Below are positions 1 through 9,382 of a stretch of 64,000 nt of DNA, one piece after another (the stretch's first letter is position 1; every line of letters begins with the position of its first letter). The position numbers and the translations under genes are program-made. Location: contig JBGATO010000006.1 in assembly GCA_044229145.1 (NCBI GenBank), positions 1-64,000 of the forward strand. Direction: 5' to 3'. Below the pieces are notes generated by a model. That model saw only the letters and a program-made list of their open reading frames with translations. It was not told the DNA's origin and did no database searches. This DNA comes from Candidatus Eiseniibacteriota bacterium (GTDB lineage: Bacteria; Eisenbacteria; RBG-16-71-46; CAZEPH01).

Positions 1-741
1 AAGCCCGCCGTTCGATTGCATGAACTGCACCCGCGCGGAGCGCGGAAGCGCCCTGGTCAGGCGCTCGACGTACGCGAGCAGCACCGGCGTGAGGTACGCA
101 TCGGCGACCGTCGTGTCGGCACGTCCCAGGAACTTGGCGAGAGCACTGACGTCGGAACTCGCGGTCACGTGCGGGAACCCGATCGCCCGCGCGATCTCCG
201 CCACGCGCCGCTCGTGCGCCGGATACGCCCAGCCATGGACGAAGGCGATGGCGAGGCTGCGCACGCCGTCGTCGTACGCGTGCAGCAAGGCGGCGCGCAC
301 TTGGTGGTCGTCGAGAGGCGTCACGATCGCGCCGTCGGCCGTCACGCGTTCGGCGATCTCGAGGGTGCGCGCGTGCAGTGCCGCCGGCTTCCGAATGTGC
401 CGGGCGAAGATGTCGGGGCGCGCCTGCGTGCCGATCGTCAGCGCGTCGCCAAAACCCTGCGTCACGACGAATGCTACCGGCTCGCCACGCCGTTCGAGCA
501 GGGCGTTGGTGGCGACCGTCGTGCCGACGCGCACGTCCTCCACCGCGTCGAGCGGCGCGCCGTGCTCGCGCAGGATCGCGGCGATGCCGGCCCACGTCGC
601 GTCGTCGTAGCGCGCCGGATCGATCGAGAGCAACTTGCGCGTCAGTCGTTCGCCCCGCGGACCGTGGGCAACGATGTCGGTAAACGTCCCGCCACGGTCC
701 ACGGCGAAGCGCCAGCCGGCGGGGTGCGAGGAGACGGACAT
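1..741 (-). CDS. 5-oxoprolinase/hydantoinase A-family protein, N-terminal part (runs off window start)
   Basis: Manual translation from ATG 741: MSVSSHPAGWRFAVDRGGTFTDIV...VRVGTTVATNALLERRG...TVADAYLTP...FMQSNGGL, the hallmark hydantoinase_A/oxoprolinase motifs. Not in the ORF track because it has no stop in the window. Confidence 0.9.
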   Translation of the reverse strand, partial: MSVSSHPAGWRFAVDRGGTFTDIVAHGPRGERLTRKLLSIDPARYDDATWAGIAAILREHGAPLDAVEDVRVGTTVATNALLERRGEPVAFVVTQGFGDALTIGTQARPDIFARHIRKPAALHARTLEIAERVTADGAIVTPLDDHQVRAALLHAYDDGVRSLAIAFVHGWAYPAHERRVAEIARAIGFPHVTASSDVSALAKFLGRADTTVADAYLTPVLLAYVERLTRALPRSARVQFMQSNGGL

Positions 742-893
742 GGTACGCGATGGTCGCGGCGGCGCGGGCGGAGTGCAAGCGGATTCCCTGCCGCACCTGC
801 GACGTCCCTCCACGCTGCGCGCGAAACGGTGTATCGTCGCCGGCACGATTCGGCGCGCACGGGCGCGCCGCCGCATCGCGCCAGGAGCCCCGC

Positions 894-2285
894 ATGTCCG
901 AACGCCCCGCCGAGTACGCCGCGCGCGACACCTCACGCCAGTTCGTCGAGGCGGTCAGCGGCCTCTTTGAATGTCTGGGCCGCGCCATCGTGTGCCTGGA
1001 TCGCGACTTCCGGGTCGTGCATGCCAGCGATGGCCTCGACGGATTCGCCACCCCGGGCACCAGCGAGGCCATCGTCGGTCGCGACGCCGCGAGCCTCTTC
1101 GGCGCCGACCTCTTCGGCGAGCAAGGCCGGATGCGCCGTGCACTGAGCGCCGGCGAACGGCGTGAGGGATGGGGCGCCACGCTGACACTCGACGGCGTGC
1201 CGGGTCGACTGTTGTCGATGAGCGCCGCCCCGGTCGGCGGCATCGATTCGCCGCTGTGCGATCCGCGTGTGGCGTACCTGTTGGTCGTCCGCGATGGCAG
1301 CGATCCCGGGATCGCCGAAACATCGCCGCTCACCTTCTTCGCCGGCATGGTGGGGCAGTCGCCGGCGATGCTCCGCGTCTTCCACTTGGTACAGAGCCTG
1401 AGCGAGAGCGACGCTTCCGTTCTCTTGTCGGGCGAAAGCGGGACCGGGAAGGAGCTAGTCGCGCGGGCGCTTCATCTCACGTCGCCGCGGCGCGCCGGCG
1501 CGTTCGTCGCGGTCAACTGCAGCGCGCTGCCGGGCGAGTTGTTCGAATCGGAAGTGTTCGGTCACGTGCGCGGCGCGTTTACGGGCGCGGTGCGGGATCG
1601 CGTCGGCCGGTTCGCCATGGCGCAGGGCGGCACGCTGTTCCTCGACGAAGTTGGCGAGTTGTCGGTGTCCCTCCAGGTCAAATTGTTGCGCGTGCTGCAG
1701 GAGCGCACCTACGAACGCGTCGGGGACAGCCATTCGCTGACCACCGACGCGCGCATCATCGCCGCCACCAACCGCGATCTGCCGCGCGAGGTGAAGGAAG
1801 GTCGGTTCCGCGAGGATCTCTACTACCGGCTCCGCGTGGTGCCGATCGATCTGCCGCCGCTCCGCCATCGCCGGGAGGATGTCGAGCCGTTGGCGCGGCA
1901 CCTCCTGGCACGGGTGGCGGGCCGTCAAGGACGGGCGGTACTGCTGGCACCGGATGCGGTTCGGGCGTTGCTCGCGTACGCCTGGCCGGGGAACGTGCGT
2001 GAATTAGAGAATGCGCTGGAGTACGCCGTGGCGGTGAGTCGCGGACAGACGCTCCACGCCACGGATTTGCCGGAGGAGATCCGGACCGTTCGCCCGGCCC
2101 TCGGTGCCGTGACGCCGGACGCGCCGCCGCCGCTGCCGACTCCTGCCGACGATCCGGGTGAACGCGAACGGCTCCGCAACGCGCTGGAGGCCCACCGGTG
2201 GAACCGGGCGGCTGCCGCGAAGGCTCTCGGGGTGAGCCGCACCACACTCTGGCGACGTGTCCGCGAGCTCGGTCTCGACGACTAG
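894..2285 (+). CDS. Sigma-54-dependent enhancer-binding transcriptional activator (PAS-like N-terminus, AAA+, Fis HTH)
   Basis: GESGTGKE Walker [35 protein letters not shown]-terminal [26 protein letters not shown] before ATG 894. Confidence 0.93.
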   Translation: MSERPAEYAARDTSRQFVEAVSGLFECLGRAIVCLDRDFRVVHASDGLDGFATPGTSEAIVGRDAASLFGADLFGEQGRMRRALSAGERREGWGATLTLDGVPGRLLSMSAAPVGGIDSPLCDPRVAYLLVVRDGSDPGIAETSPLTFFAGMVGQSPAMLRVFHLVQSLSESDASVLLSGESGTGKELVARALHLTSPRRAGAFVAVNCSALPGELFESEVFGHVRGAFTGAVRDRVGRFAMAQGGTLFLDEVGELSVSLQVKLLRVLQERTYERVGDSHSLTTDARIIAATNRDLPREVKEGRFREDLYYRLRVVPIDLPPLRHRREDVEPLARHLLARVAGRQGRAVLLAPDAVRALLAYAWPGNVRELENALEYAVAVSRGQTLHATDLPEEIRTVRPALGAVTPDAPPPLPTPADDPGERERLRNALEAHRWNRAAAAKALGVSRTTLWRRVRELGLDD

Positions 2286-2298
2286 CCGCGAGTCATTT

Positions 2299-2338
2299 TG
2301 TTTCAAGTGAAACATAGTGTTGCACCGTTATGTTTCAC
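2299..2338. promoter_or_regulatory. Candidate upstream activator sequence for the adjacent sigma-54 activator
   Basis: Palindrome TGTTTCA-AG-TGAAACA (2299-2314), inverted repeat GTGAAACATA-N12-TATGTTTCAC (2307-2338), and TGTTKCA at 2299, 2318 and 2331, in an AT-rich gap about 90-125 bp upstream of the expected transcription start. Confidence 0.65.
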
Positions 2339-2398
2339 GCACGAACCCTCAATCTCCATGCAATACGATAAAGCGTTGTCAATAATATAGATCGCTCG

Positions 2399-2414
2399 TG
2401 GCACGTGGGCTGCA
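2399..2414 (+). promoter_or_regulatory. Sigma-54 (-24/-12) promoter of the psr operon
   Basis: TGGCAC-GTGGG-CTGCA with GG (2400-2401) N10 GC (2412-2413), upstream of GGAGGAG RBS and ATG 2439, and downstream of a bEBP gene. Confidence 0.85.
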
Positions 2415-2438
2415 ATCTCCCCGCGCGGGAGGAGCTCC

Positions 2439-4634
2439 ATGACCACTCTTTCGCGGCGGCGGTTTCTACAGGTGTTCGGCGGCGGTGTCGGGCTGGCCGC
2501 CGGGGCAGCGGGCTTGCCGAAGTGGACGACCGCCCTGGCAGGCGACCGCGAGGCGGCCGGCGACATCCGCCGCATCCCCACCTACTGCGACATCTGCTTC
2601 TGGAAGTGCAACGCCATCGCCACGACGCGCGGCGGACGCCTGTGGAAGATCGAAGGCAACCCGCACGATCCGCTGTCGGGCGGCCGGCTGTGCCCGCGCG
2701 GCACCGGTGGGGTCGGCGCCCATTTCGATACCCAGCGCCTGACCTCGCCGCTGATCCGTCGCGCCGACCGCGGCGAAGAGCGATGGGTCGCGGTGACCTG
2801 GGACGAAGCGCTGCACCACATCGCCACCAAAATGCAGGCGATCAAGGCGCAGTACGGCCCCGAAGCGATGGCGCTGTTCAGTCACGGCATCGGCGGCAAC
2901 TTCCTCAAGCACACGATGAAGGCGTACGGCACGCCGAATCTGGCCGCGCCGTCGTACGCGCAGTGTCGCGGTCCGCGCGACGTCGGCTTCGAGCTCACCT
3001 TTGGCGAACCGGTGGGATCGCCCGAGCGCACGGACATCCGCAATGCCCGCTGCCTGACACTGATCGGCTCGCACCTCGGCGAGAACATGCACAACTCCCA
3101 GGTGCAGGAGTTTGCCGACGCGGTGGGCAGCGGCGCATCACTCATCGTCGTCGACCCGCGCCTGTCGGTGGCCGCGAGCAAGGCAACGCACTATCTGCCG
3201 ATCAAGCCGGGCACTGACGTCGCGCTGCTTCTCGCGTGGATGCAGGTCCTGGTCAGCGAACAGCTCTACGACCGCGCCTACGTCGACGCCCACGGCTTCG
3301 GCTTCGACGCGTTCGCGGCGGAGGTCGCGCCGTACACGCCTGAGTGGGCCTATCCAATCACCGGCATCGCCCCCGACATGATTCGCGAGACCGCGCGCGA
3401 GATGGCGCGTCATCGCCCCGCGTCTCTCGTACATCCCGGCCGCCACGCTACGTGGTACGGCGACGACACGCAGCGCAGCCGCGCAATCGCGCTGCTCAAC
3501 GCCCTGCTCGGCACGTGGGGGCGCAAGGGTGGCTTCTACCAACCGGCCAACATGGACGTGCCGGCGTATCCCTACCCGCCGTACCCGACGTCGACGCGTG
3601 GGCGCGCCGACAATCCGGGCCACCGCTTCGCATTCGGCGCGGAGACGATCACCACTGGCCTGCGTCACGCCACCCTCACCGGGGAGCCGTATCCGATCAA
3701 GGGCTGGATGGTCTACGCCACGAATCTTCTGCAAGCGATGCCGAACCAAGCGGAGACGATTCGGGCGATCCAGAACCTCGATCTGCTCGTCGTCATCGAC
3801 GTCGTGCCGAGCGAAATCGCCGGCTGGGCCGATGTCGTGCTCCCCGAGGCCGTGTATCTCGAACGTTACGACGACCTCAACGTCGAAACCTTCCGCGAGC
3901 CGTTCGTCGCGCTGCGCCAGCCCGTCGTCGAGCCGCCGGCGCAGCAGAAGCCGAACTGGTGGATCGCGCGGCAGCTCGCGCACGAACTCGGCCTCGGCGC
4001 CTTCTACCCGTGGAAGTCGATCGAGGAGTACCTCGACACGCGGTTGCGCGGTGCCGGGCTGTCGCTCGAGACCCTCAAGCAGACGGGCATCGTGCGCGGG
4101 CCGCAGCCACCGGTTTACTTCGAGGACGGCGTGACGCCGGAGTTCCCGACGCCGAGCGGCAAGATCGAGTTCTACTCGACGCAATTGCGCGACGCCGGCT
4201 TCGACCCGGTGCCGCGCTACACGGCGCACGAGGAGCCGCCCGCCGGCAGCTTCCGCTTGCTGTTCGGCCGCGCGCCGATGCACTCGTTCGGCCGCACGCA
4301 GACGAATCCGCTGCTGCGCGACGTCATGGACGAGAACGAGGTGTGGATCAATGAGGATGCCGCGCGACGCCTGGGCCTTCCCGACGGCGCATACGTCCGC
4401 CTGCGCAATCAGGACGGCGTGGTGAGCAACCGCGTGCGTGTCAAGGCCACCCAGCGCATCCGCGGCGACTGCGTCTACATGGTGCACGGATTCGGCCACA
4501 CCGCCCGCGGCATGCGCCCGGAATCGAAGAAGGGCGCGAGCGATTCGGGTCTCGTCACGCGCTACACCACCGACCCGCTGATGGGCGGCAACGGCATGAG
4601 CGTCAACTTCGTGACGCTCGATGTGGAGGCATAG
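2439..4634 (+). CDS. psrA: Polysulfide/thiosulfate reductase catalytic subunit (PsrA/PhsA-type molybdopterin oxidoreductase, Tat-exported)
   Basis: Tat motif SRRRFL; [4Fe-4S] motif CDICFWKC...LCPRG; likely Mo-ligand segment APSYAQCRGPR; C-terminal molybdopterin dinucleotide-binding domain; followed by B and NrfD subunits. Confidence 0.85.
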   Translation: MTTLSRRRFLQVFGGGVGLAAGAAGLPKWTTALAGDREAAGDIRRIPTYCDICFWKCNAIATTRGGRLWKIEGNPHDPLSGGRLCPRGTGGVGAHFDTQRLTSPLIRRADRGEERWVAVTWDEALHHIATKMQAIKAQYGPEAMALFSHGIGGNFLKHTMKAYGTPNLAAPSYAQCRGPRDVGFELTFGEPVGSPERTDIRNARCLTLIGSHLGENMHNSQVQEFADAVGSGASLIVVDPRLSVAASKATHYLPIKPGTDVALLLAWMQVLVSEQLYDRAYVDAHGFGFDAFAAEVAPYTPEWAYPITGIAPDMIRETAREMARHRPASLVHPGRHATWYGDDTQRSRAIALLNALLGTWGRKGGFYQPANMDVPAYPYPPYPTSTRGRADNPGHRFAFGAETITTGLRHATLTGEPYPIKGWMVYATNLLQAMPNQAETIRAIQNLDLLVVIDVVPSEIAGWADVVLPEAVYLERYDDLNVETFREPFVALRQPVVEPPAQQKPNWWIARQLAHELGLGAFYPWKSIEEYLDTRLRGAGLSLETLKQTGIVRGPQPPVYFEDGVTPEFPTPSGKIEFYSTQLRDAGFDPVPRYTAHEEPPAGSFRLLFGRAPMHSFGRTQTNPLLRDVMDENEVWINEDAARRLGLPDGAYVRLRNQDGVVSNRVRVKATQRIRGDCVYMVHGFGHTARGMRPESKKGASDSGLVTRYTTDPLMGGNGMSVNFVTLDVEA

Positions 4635-4637
4635 GCG

Positions 4638-5177
4638 ATGGCGCGTTTCGGCATGGTGATCGATACGCGACGCTGCGTGGGATGCACCGACTGCGTCGTC
4701 GCGTGCAAGACGGAGAACGATGTTCCCGATGGTTTCTGTCGCGACTGGATCGTCACGGAGGCCGCCGGCACCTTCCCGGACACCCGGCTCGAGATTCGCA
4801 GCGAGCGCTGCAACCACTGCGACTCGCCGCCGTGCGTCAGCTGCTGCCCGACTGGCGCCAGCCACGTGGAAGAGTACGGCCACGTCGTGCTGGTGACGCA
4901 CGATGCGTGCATCGGCTGCAAGGCGTGCCTCGCGTCATGTCCGTACGACGCGCGCTTCATCCACCCCAAGGGCTACGCCGACAAGTGCACGTTCTGCCTG
5001 CACCGTGTGAAGGACGGCCTCGACCCAGCCTGCGTCGCGGTGTGCCCAACACACTGCATGCATTTCGGCGATCTCGACGACCCGCACAGCGAGGTGAGCC
5101 AATTGCTCGCGTCGCGCCCGCACCACGCGCTGCTGCCGGACGCCGGCACCGGTCCGCGCGTGTTCTACCTCACGTAG
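4638..5177 (+). CDS. psrB: Four-cluster Fe-S electron transfer subunit (PsrB/NrfC type)
   Basis: CVGCTDCVVAC, CNHCDSPPCVSCC, CIGCKACLASC, KCTFC...PACVAVC. Confidence 0.92.
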   Translation: MARFGMVIDTRRCVGCTDCVVACKTENDVPDGFCRDWIVTEAAGTFPDTRLEIRSERCNHCDSPPCVSCCPTGASHVEEYGHVVLVTHDACIGCKACLASCPYDARFIHPKGYADKCTFCLHRVKDGLDPACVAVCPTHCMHFGDLDDPHSEVSQLLASRPHHALLPDAGTGPRVFYLT

Positions 5178-5187
5178 GGAGAGGCTC

Positions 5188-6126
5188 ATGTTCGAACTCA
5201 CGACGACACGCGCCAATCACCTCGTCGATCCGGTGGTGCATGTGTGGGCGTGGCAGATTCCGGTCTATCTATTCCTTGGCGGGTTGGTGGCCGGGATGAT
5301 GATCGTACAGGGCTGGTTCCTGCTCGATCCGCGGCGTCGCACGCGCCAGTCGGTGACCTACGCGCTGCCGATCCTCAGCCTCGGGCTGCTGAGCGCAGGG
5401 ATGGGAGCGCTCTTTCTCGACCTCGAACACAAGGCGTACGTGTGGCGGCTGTATACGACGTTCCGGCCCAGTTCGCCGATGTCGTGGGGCGCGTGGATTC
5501 TGATCGGCGTGTACCCGGTGCTCCTGGCGGCGATGGCACTCCGCATGCCGCACCTGGTGGCGCCGGTGCTGCCGGCGCTGCGACGCCTCGGTGACCGCTG
5601 GAACGGGGACGAGGCGGTCGTGCGGCGTATCGCGTTCGCCTGCATCGGACTCGGCGGGGCACTCGGGATCTACACCGGAATCTTGCTCAGCGCATTGAGT
5701 GCGCGCCCGGCGTGGAACAGCGCCGTGCTCGGACCGCTGTTCTTGGCCTCGGGACTATCGAGCGCGGCCGCGCTCGTCCATCTGCTCGCCGCCGACGCCG
5801 ACGAGCGCGAGACGCTGACGCGCGCCGATGCGCGCTTCGTCCTCGGTGAACTCGTGGTGCTGGCGCTCTACTTCATTGGCCTGGCGAGCGCGGCACGTGC
5901 GCAGGCCGAGGCGGCGCGCCTGTTCTTCGGGGGGCCGTTCACCGCGGTGTTCTGGGTGGGCGTGGTGGGATGCGGTCTCGTGCTGCCGCTCACACTGCAC
6001 GCACTCACGGTGACGCGGCGCATGCACCACACGGTGGTCGCGCCACTGTTGGTGCTGGCAGGCGGCCTTCTGCTGCGCGTGGTGATCGTTCAAGCGGGCC
6101 AGATCAGTCACTGGCCTCGCGTGTGA
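5188..6126 (+). CDS. psrC: NrfD/PsrC-type quinol-interacting membrane anchor
   Basis: WAWQIPVYLFLGGL, LFLDLEH, SPMSWGAW, YTGILLS...RPAWN; multiple TM helices. Confidence 0.9.
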   Translation: MFELTTTRANHLVDPVVHVWAWQIPVYLFLGGLVAGMMIVQGWFLLDPRRRTRQSVTYALPILSLGLLSAGMGALFLDLEHKAYVWRLYTTFRPSSPMSWGAWILIGVYPVLLAAMALRMPHLVAPVLPALRRLGDRWNGDEAVVRRIAFACIGLGGALGIYTGILLSALSARPAWNSAVLGPLFLASGLSSAAALVHLLAADADERETLTRADARFVLGELVVLALYFIGLASAARAQAEAARLFFGGPFTAVFWVGVVGCGLVLPLTLHALTVTRRMHHTVVAPLLVLAGGLLLRVVIVQAGQISHWPRV

Positions 6127-6145
6127 GAAGTCGGAGGATCGTTCG

Positions 6146-6745
6146 ATGAGCACTCTGTCTCCCGCCGCGCTCACGGCACCGCCGTCGCACGCCGCGACAC
6201 GCGATCGCGCGGACGCACAGGCGACGCTGCGCACCGCTGCGCCCTACATGAATCCGTATCTCGCGGGGATCGGACTCGGCGCGGTCCTGCTCGCCGCCTA
6301 CGTGACGATGGGCCGCGGCCTTGGCGCGTCGGGCGCCATCGGCTCGCTGGTGTCGTGGGCGCTCGGGGGCGTCGCTCCGGAGCACGCGCGCACCAATGAG
6401 TTCTTCCGCGGCTACCTCGAAGACGGCGTCGGGCATCCGCTCAAAGCGTGGCTGGTGTTCGAGGTGCTCGGCGTGATCGCCGGCGGGTTCCTCTCGGGCG
6501 CCCTCGCCGGACGGCTGGCGCGCGTGGTCGAGAAGGGGCCGCGGATCTCGGTGACCGGCCGGCTCGCGTTTGCCTTCGCCGGCGGCGCGCTCATGGGAAT
6601 CGGCGCCAAGCTCGCGCGCGGCTGCACCAGCGGCCAGGCGCTCAGTGGCGGCGCCACGCTCAACGCGGGCTCGTGGGCTTTCATGATGATGGTATTCGCC
6701 GGCGCGTATCTGCTCGCCGGCGTGATGCGGAGGGAATGGCGATGA
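6146..6745 (+). CDS. YeeE/YedE sulfur-transport family membrane protein (half-size, first)
   Basis: NPYLAGIGLG, GLGASG, GGALMGIGAKLARGCTSG. Confidence 0.85.
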   Translation: MSTLSPAALTAPPSHAATRDRADAQATLRTAAPYMNPYLAGIGLGAVLLAAYVTMGRGLGASGAIGSLVSWALGGVAPEHARTNEFFRGYLEDGVGHPLKAWLVFEVLGVIAGGFLSGALAGRLARVVEKGPRISVTGRLAFAFAGGALMGIGAKLARGCTSGQALSGGATLNAGSWAFMMMVFAGAYLLAGVMRREWR

Positions 6746-7341
6746 ACCTGCCACTCTACAAGTTCGGCGCATTCGGCGATGAGGCGTCGCTGCTGGTGGC
6801 ATTCGTGATCGGCGTGGCGTTCGGGTTCTTCCTCGAGCGCGCGGGCTTCGGCAGTGCGAAGAAGCTGGTGTCGCAGTTCTATCTCAACGACCTCGCCGTC
6901 TTCAAGGTCATGTTCACCGCCATCGTCACCGCCATGCTCGGCATCTTCTACCTCGCGTGGATGGGCGTGCTCGATCTGTCGCAGGTCTACCTCACGTCGA
7001 CGTTCCTGTGGCCGCAGATCGTCGGTGGCCTGGTGCTCGGGTTCGGCTTCGTGATCGGCGGCTACTGTCCGGGCACGTCGATGGTGGCGATGGCCACCGG
7101 CCGTATCGACGGCGTGGTCTACGTGCTCGGCGTGATCGCCGGCACGTACGCGGTGGGCGAAGCGTTCCCGCTGCTCAAGTCGTTCTACGAGTCCGGCGCA
7201 CATGGACGATTGACGTTGCCGGAAGTGTTCCATCTGCCGTACGGCGCGGTGGTCTTCCTCGTCGTGCTGATGGCGCTCGGCGGCTTCGCCGGCGCGGAAT
7301 GGGTCGAGCGCCGCATGGCGGCGCGTCACACGGAGCGCTGA
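6742..7341 (+). CDS. YeeE/YedE sulfur-transport family membrane protein (half-size, second)
   Basis: ATGA overlap with the previous stop; GVAFGFFLERAGF, GGLVLGFGFVIGGYCPGT. Confidence 0.85.
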   Translation: MNLPLYKFGAFGDEASLLVAFVIGVAFGFFLERAGFGSAKKLVSQFYLNDLAVFKVMFTAIVTAMLGIFYLAWMGVLDLSQVYLTSTFLWPQIVGGLVLGFGFVIGGYCPGTSMVAMATGRIDGVVYVLGVIAGTYAVGEAFPLLKSFYESGAHGRLTLPEVFHLPYGAVVFLVVLMALGGFAGAEWVERRMAARHTER

Positions 7342-7342
7342 C

Positions 7343-8008
7343 ATGCAGATCGTCTGGACGCGCAATCGCCTCCTGGCTGGTGCCGCCTTCGCGCTCGGTG
7401 TCGTCGCGCTCTTCGGTCGGCCAACGCCAGGGCATACGGTGCGCCTCGACACGCAGGAACTCGCGACCATCGTCGCCGACAAGGTCGATCATGTGAGCGC
7501 GGTCGAACTCGCCGACTGGATCATCCAGAACAAGAGCGACTATCGCCTCGTCGATGTCCGCACGCCGGACGAGTTCGCCGCCTATCACATCCCGACCGCG
7601 GAGAACGTGCCGATCACGCAACTCCCCGACTTCGGACTCGGGCGCACCGAGAAGATCGTGCTGTACTCGGAAGGCGGCATCCACTCGGCGCAGGCGTGGA
7701 TGTTGTTGCGCGCGGAGAAATACGCCGGCGTGTACATCTTGTTCGGCGGTCTCGATGCGTGGAACGACGAGGTGCTGCACCCCGTGGCGCCCGTCGCCGC
7801 GACGCCACAGCAGACGGCGGCGTTCGAACGCGCGGCACAAGTCGCGCGATTCTTCGGTGGCGCGCCGCGCGCGGCCTCCGCACACGACACCACGCTGCTC
7901 GCGCTCGCGCCACCTCCCGTCGCCGCCGCACCCAAAGTTGCTGCTCCGAAATCCCCGGCTGGCACCGCCCCCGCGGCCCCGGCCAAGAAGAAGAAGGAAG
8001 GATGTTGA
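7343..8008 (+). CDS. Membrane-anchored/exported rhodanese-like protein lacking the canonical active-site Cys, with a C-terminal Pro/Ala tail ending KKKKEGC
   Basis: N-terminal hydrophobic helix; LVDVRTPDEFAAYHIPTAENVP and LFGGLDAW rhodanese motifs; active-loop position reads VLYSEGGIHS. Confidence 0.85.
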   Translation: MQIVWTRNRLLAGAAFALGVVALFGRPTPGHTVRLDTQELATIVADKVDHVSAVELADWIIQNKSDYRLVDVRTPDEFAAYHIPTAENVPITQLPDFGLGRTEKIVLYSEGGIHSAQAWMLLRAEKYAGVYILFGGLDAWNDEVLHPVAPVAATPQQTAAFERAAQVARFFGGAPRAASAHDTTLLALAPPPVAAAPKVAAPKSPAGTAPAAPAKKKKEGC

Positions 8009-8049
8009 GCGGCCGCGACGTCCAGGCCGCGTCCCCGGAGGACTCACGC

Positions 8050-9369
8050 ATGCACTCCCATCGACAGCTCTCGCTCGCACTCGCGGCAGGGCTCCTCGCC
8101 GTGGCGTCGATTGCACACGCCACCAATGGTATGTACCTCGCCGCGTACGGTAGTGAGGCGGCGGGACGCGGAGGCGCCAACATCGCCATCGCCGACCGCG
8201 CACTCGGGCTCCAGGCGAATCCGGCTGGCATCGCACAATTGCAGGGACAGCACCTCAGCCTCGACGTACAGATGCTCGCGCCACGGCTGCACTACGGTGG
8301 CGATCCGTTCGGCAACACGCTCGATGCCAAGCACACGATCTTCGGCATGCCGTCGCTGTCGTACGTGCGCGGTGGCAAAGACACACCGTGGACGTGGGGT
8401 TTCGCGCTTCTGAGCCAGGGCGGCATGGGCGCCACATTCGACGGATACCACACGCCGTTCGGCACCACCGACGAGACGTACAGCGAGGTGCGCTTCCTCA
8501 CCGCGACGCCGACGCTCGCCTACTCGGTGAACGAGGACTTGTCCTTCGGCGTGTCCGGCAATGCCGGCTACTCCGACGTCACGTTCCGCTTCTATCCGCA
8601 CACCAGCTTCTATAGCGACGCTGGCACCGCCGAGGATCCGAGCGACGACATGGGCTTCTTTGGGGCCAACGTCTCGTCACGCGCCCGCGCGTTCAACTAC
8701 AGCGGCCGCGCCGGTGCGATGTGGGCGGCGCACCCGCGCGTCCAACTCGGCGCGATCTACCAGACCAAGACGCACGGCGAATACAAGAACGGCACGCTGA
8801 CGCTCAATGAAACCGCATTGGGACTCGGTATGGTCGACTACGACGCCGTCGTCGAAGGCTTCACGTGGCCCGAGCAGTACGGCGCGGGTGTGCAGCTGCG
8901 TCCGGTCGACCGGGTGATCGTCGCCGCCGACGCGCGCCGGTATCTATGGAGCGGGGCGATCCGCACCATCACGGTGCGCGGCTCCAACCCCACGGCGGCC
9001 ACCCCGGTCACCGACCCGGTGATGCCGTTCGTGTTCGACTGGAGTGACGCGTGGGCGTTCAGCGTCGGCGCCGAAGTGCGGGCGACACCGAACCTCACTC
9101 TCCGGGGCGGAGCCAACCTCGGCGACAACCCAGTGCCCGACGCCACCCTCAATCCTCTATTCCCGGCGATCACGACGAGCCATGCCACGCTCGGTGTCGG
9201 CTACACGCATCACGGCAGCACGTGGAATCTCGCGCTCGAACGCGCGTTCGAGGCGACGCAGACGAATCTCAACATCGACCAGAACGTCAATCCGTTCGGG
9301 CCGGGCGCCACGGTGAGCCACGCGCAGTGGACCGTGTCGCTCGGCATCAGCCGCGCGTTCTCGCGCTAG
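8050..9369 (+). CDS. FadL/TodX/OmpP1-family outer-membrane channel
   Basis: Signal peptide, then NGMYLAAYG..AGRGGA...ANPAG (the NPA hatch motif of the FadL family); beta-barrel-like pattern ending in ..ISRAF; GGAG RBS. Confidence 0.82.
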   Translation: MHSHRQLSLALAAGLLAVASIAHATNGMYLAAYGSEAAGRGGANIAIADRALGLQANPAGIAQLQGQHLSLDVQMLAPRLHYGGDPFGNTLDAKHTIFGMPSLSYVRGGKDTPWTWGFALLSQGGMGATFDGYHTPFGTTDETYSEVRFLTATPTLAYSVNEDLSFGVSGNAGYSDVTFRFYPHTSFYSDAGTAEDPSDDMGFFGANVSSRARAFNYSGRAGAMWAAHPRVQLGAIYQTKTHGEYKNGTLTLNETALGLGMVDYDAVVEGFTWPEQYGAGVQLRPVDRVIVAADARRYLWSGAIRTITVRGSNPTAATPVTDPVMPFVFDWSDAWAFSVGAEVRATPNLTLRGGANLGDNPVPDATLNPLFPAITTSHATLGVGYTHHGSTWNLALERAFEATQTNLNIDQNVNPFGPGATVSHAQWTVSLGISRAFSR

Positions 9370-9382
9370 AGTGGGGGACAGC

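Noticed and set aside
8000..8030. GGA TGT TGA followed at once by a small hairpin (GCGGCC...GGCCGC): possible Gly-Cys-Sec with SECIS at the rhodanese end
   Set aside because: Read-through has no nearby stop (the frame stays open to 8413, overlapping the FadL gene out of frame), and a 6-bp GC stem is expected by chance at this GC content. Treated as a normal stop.
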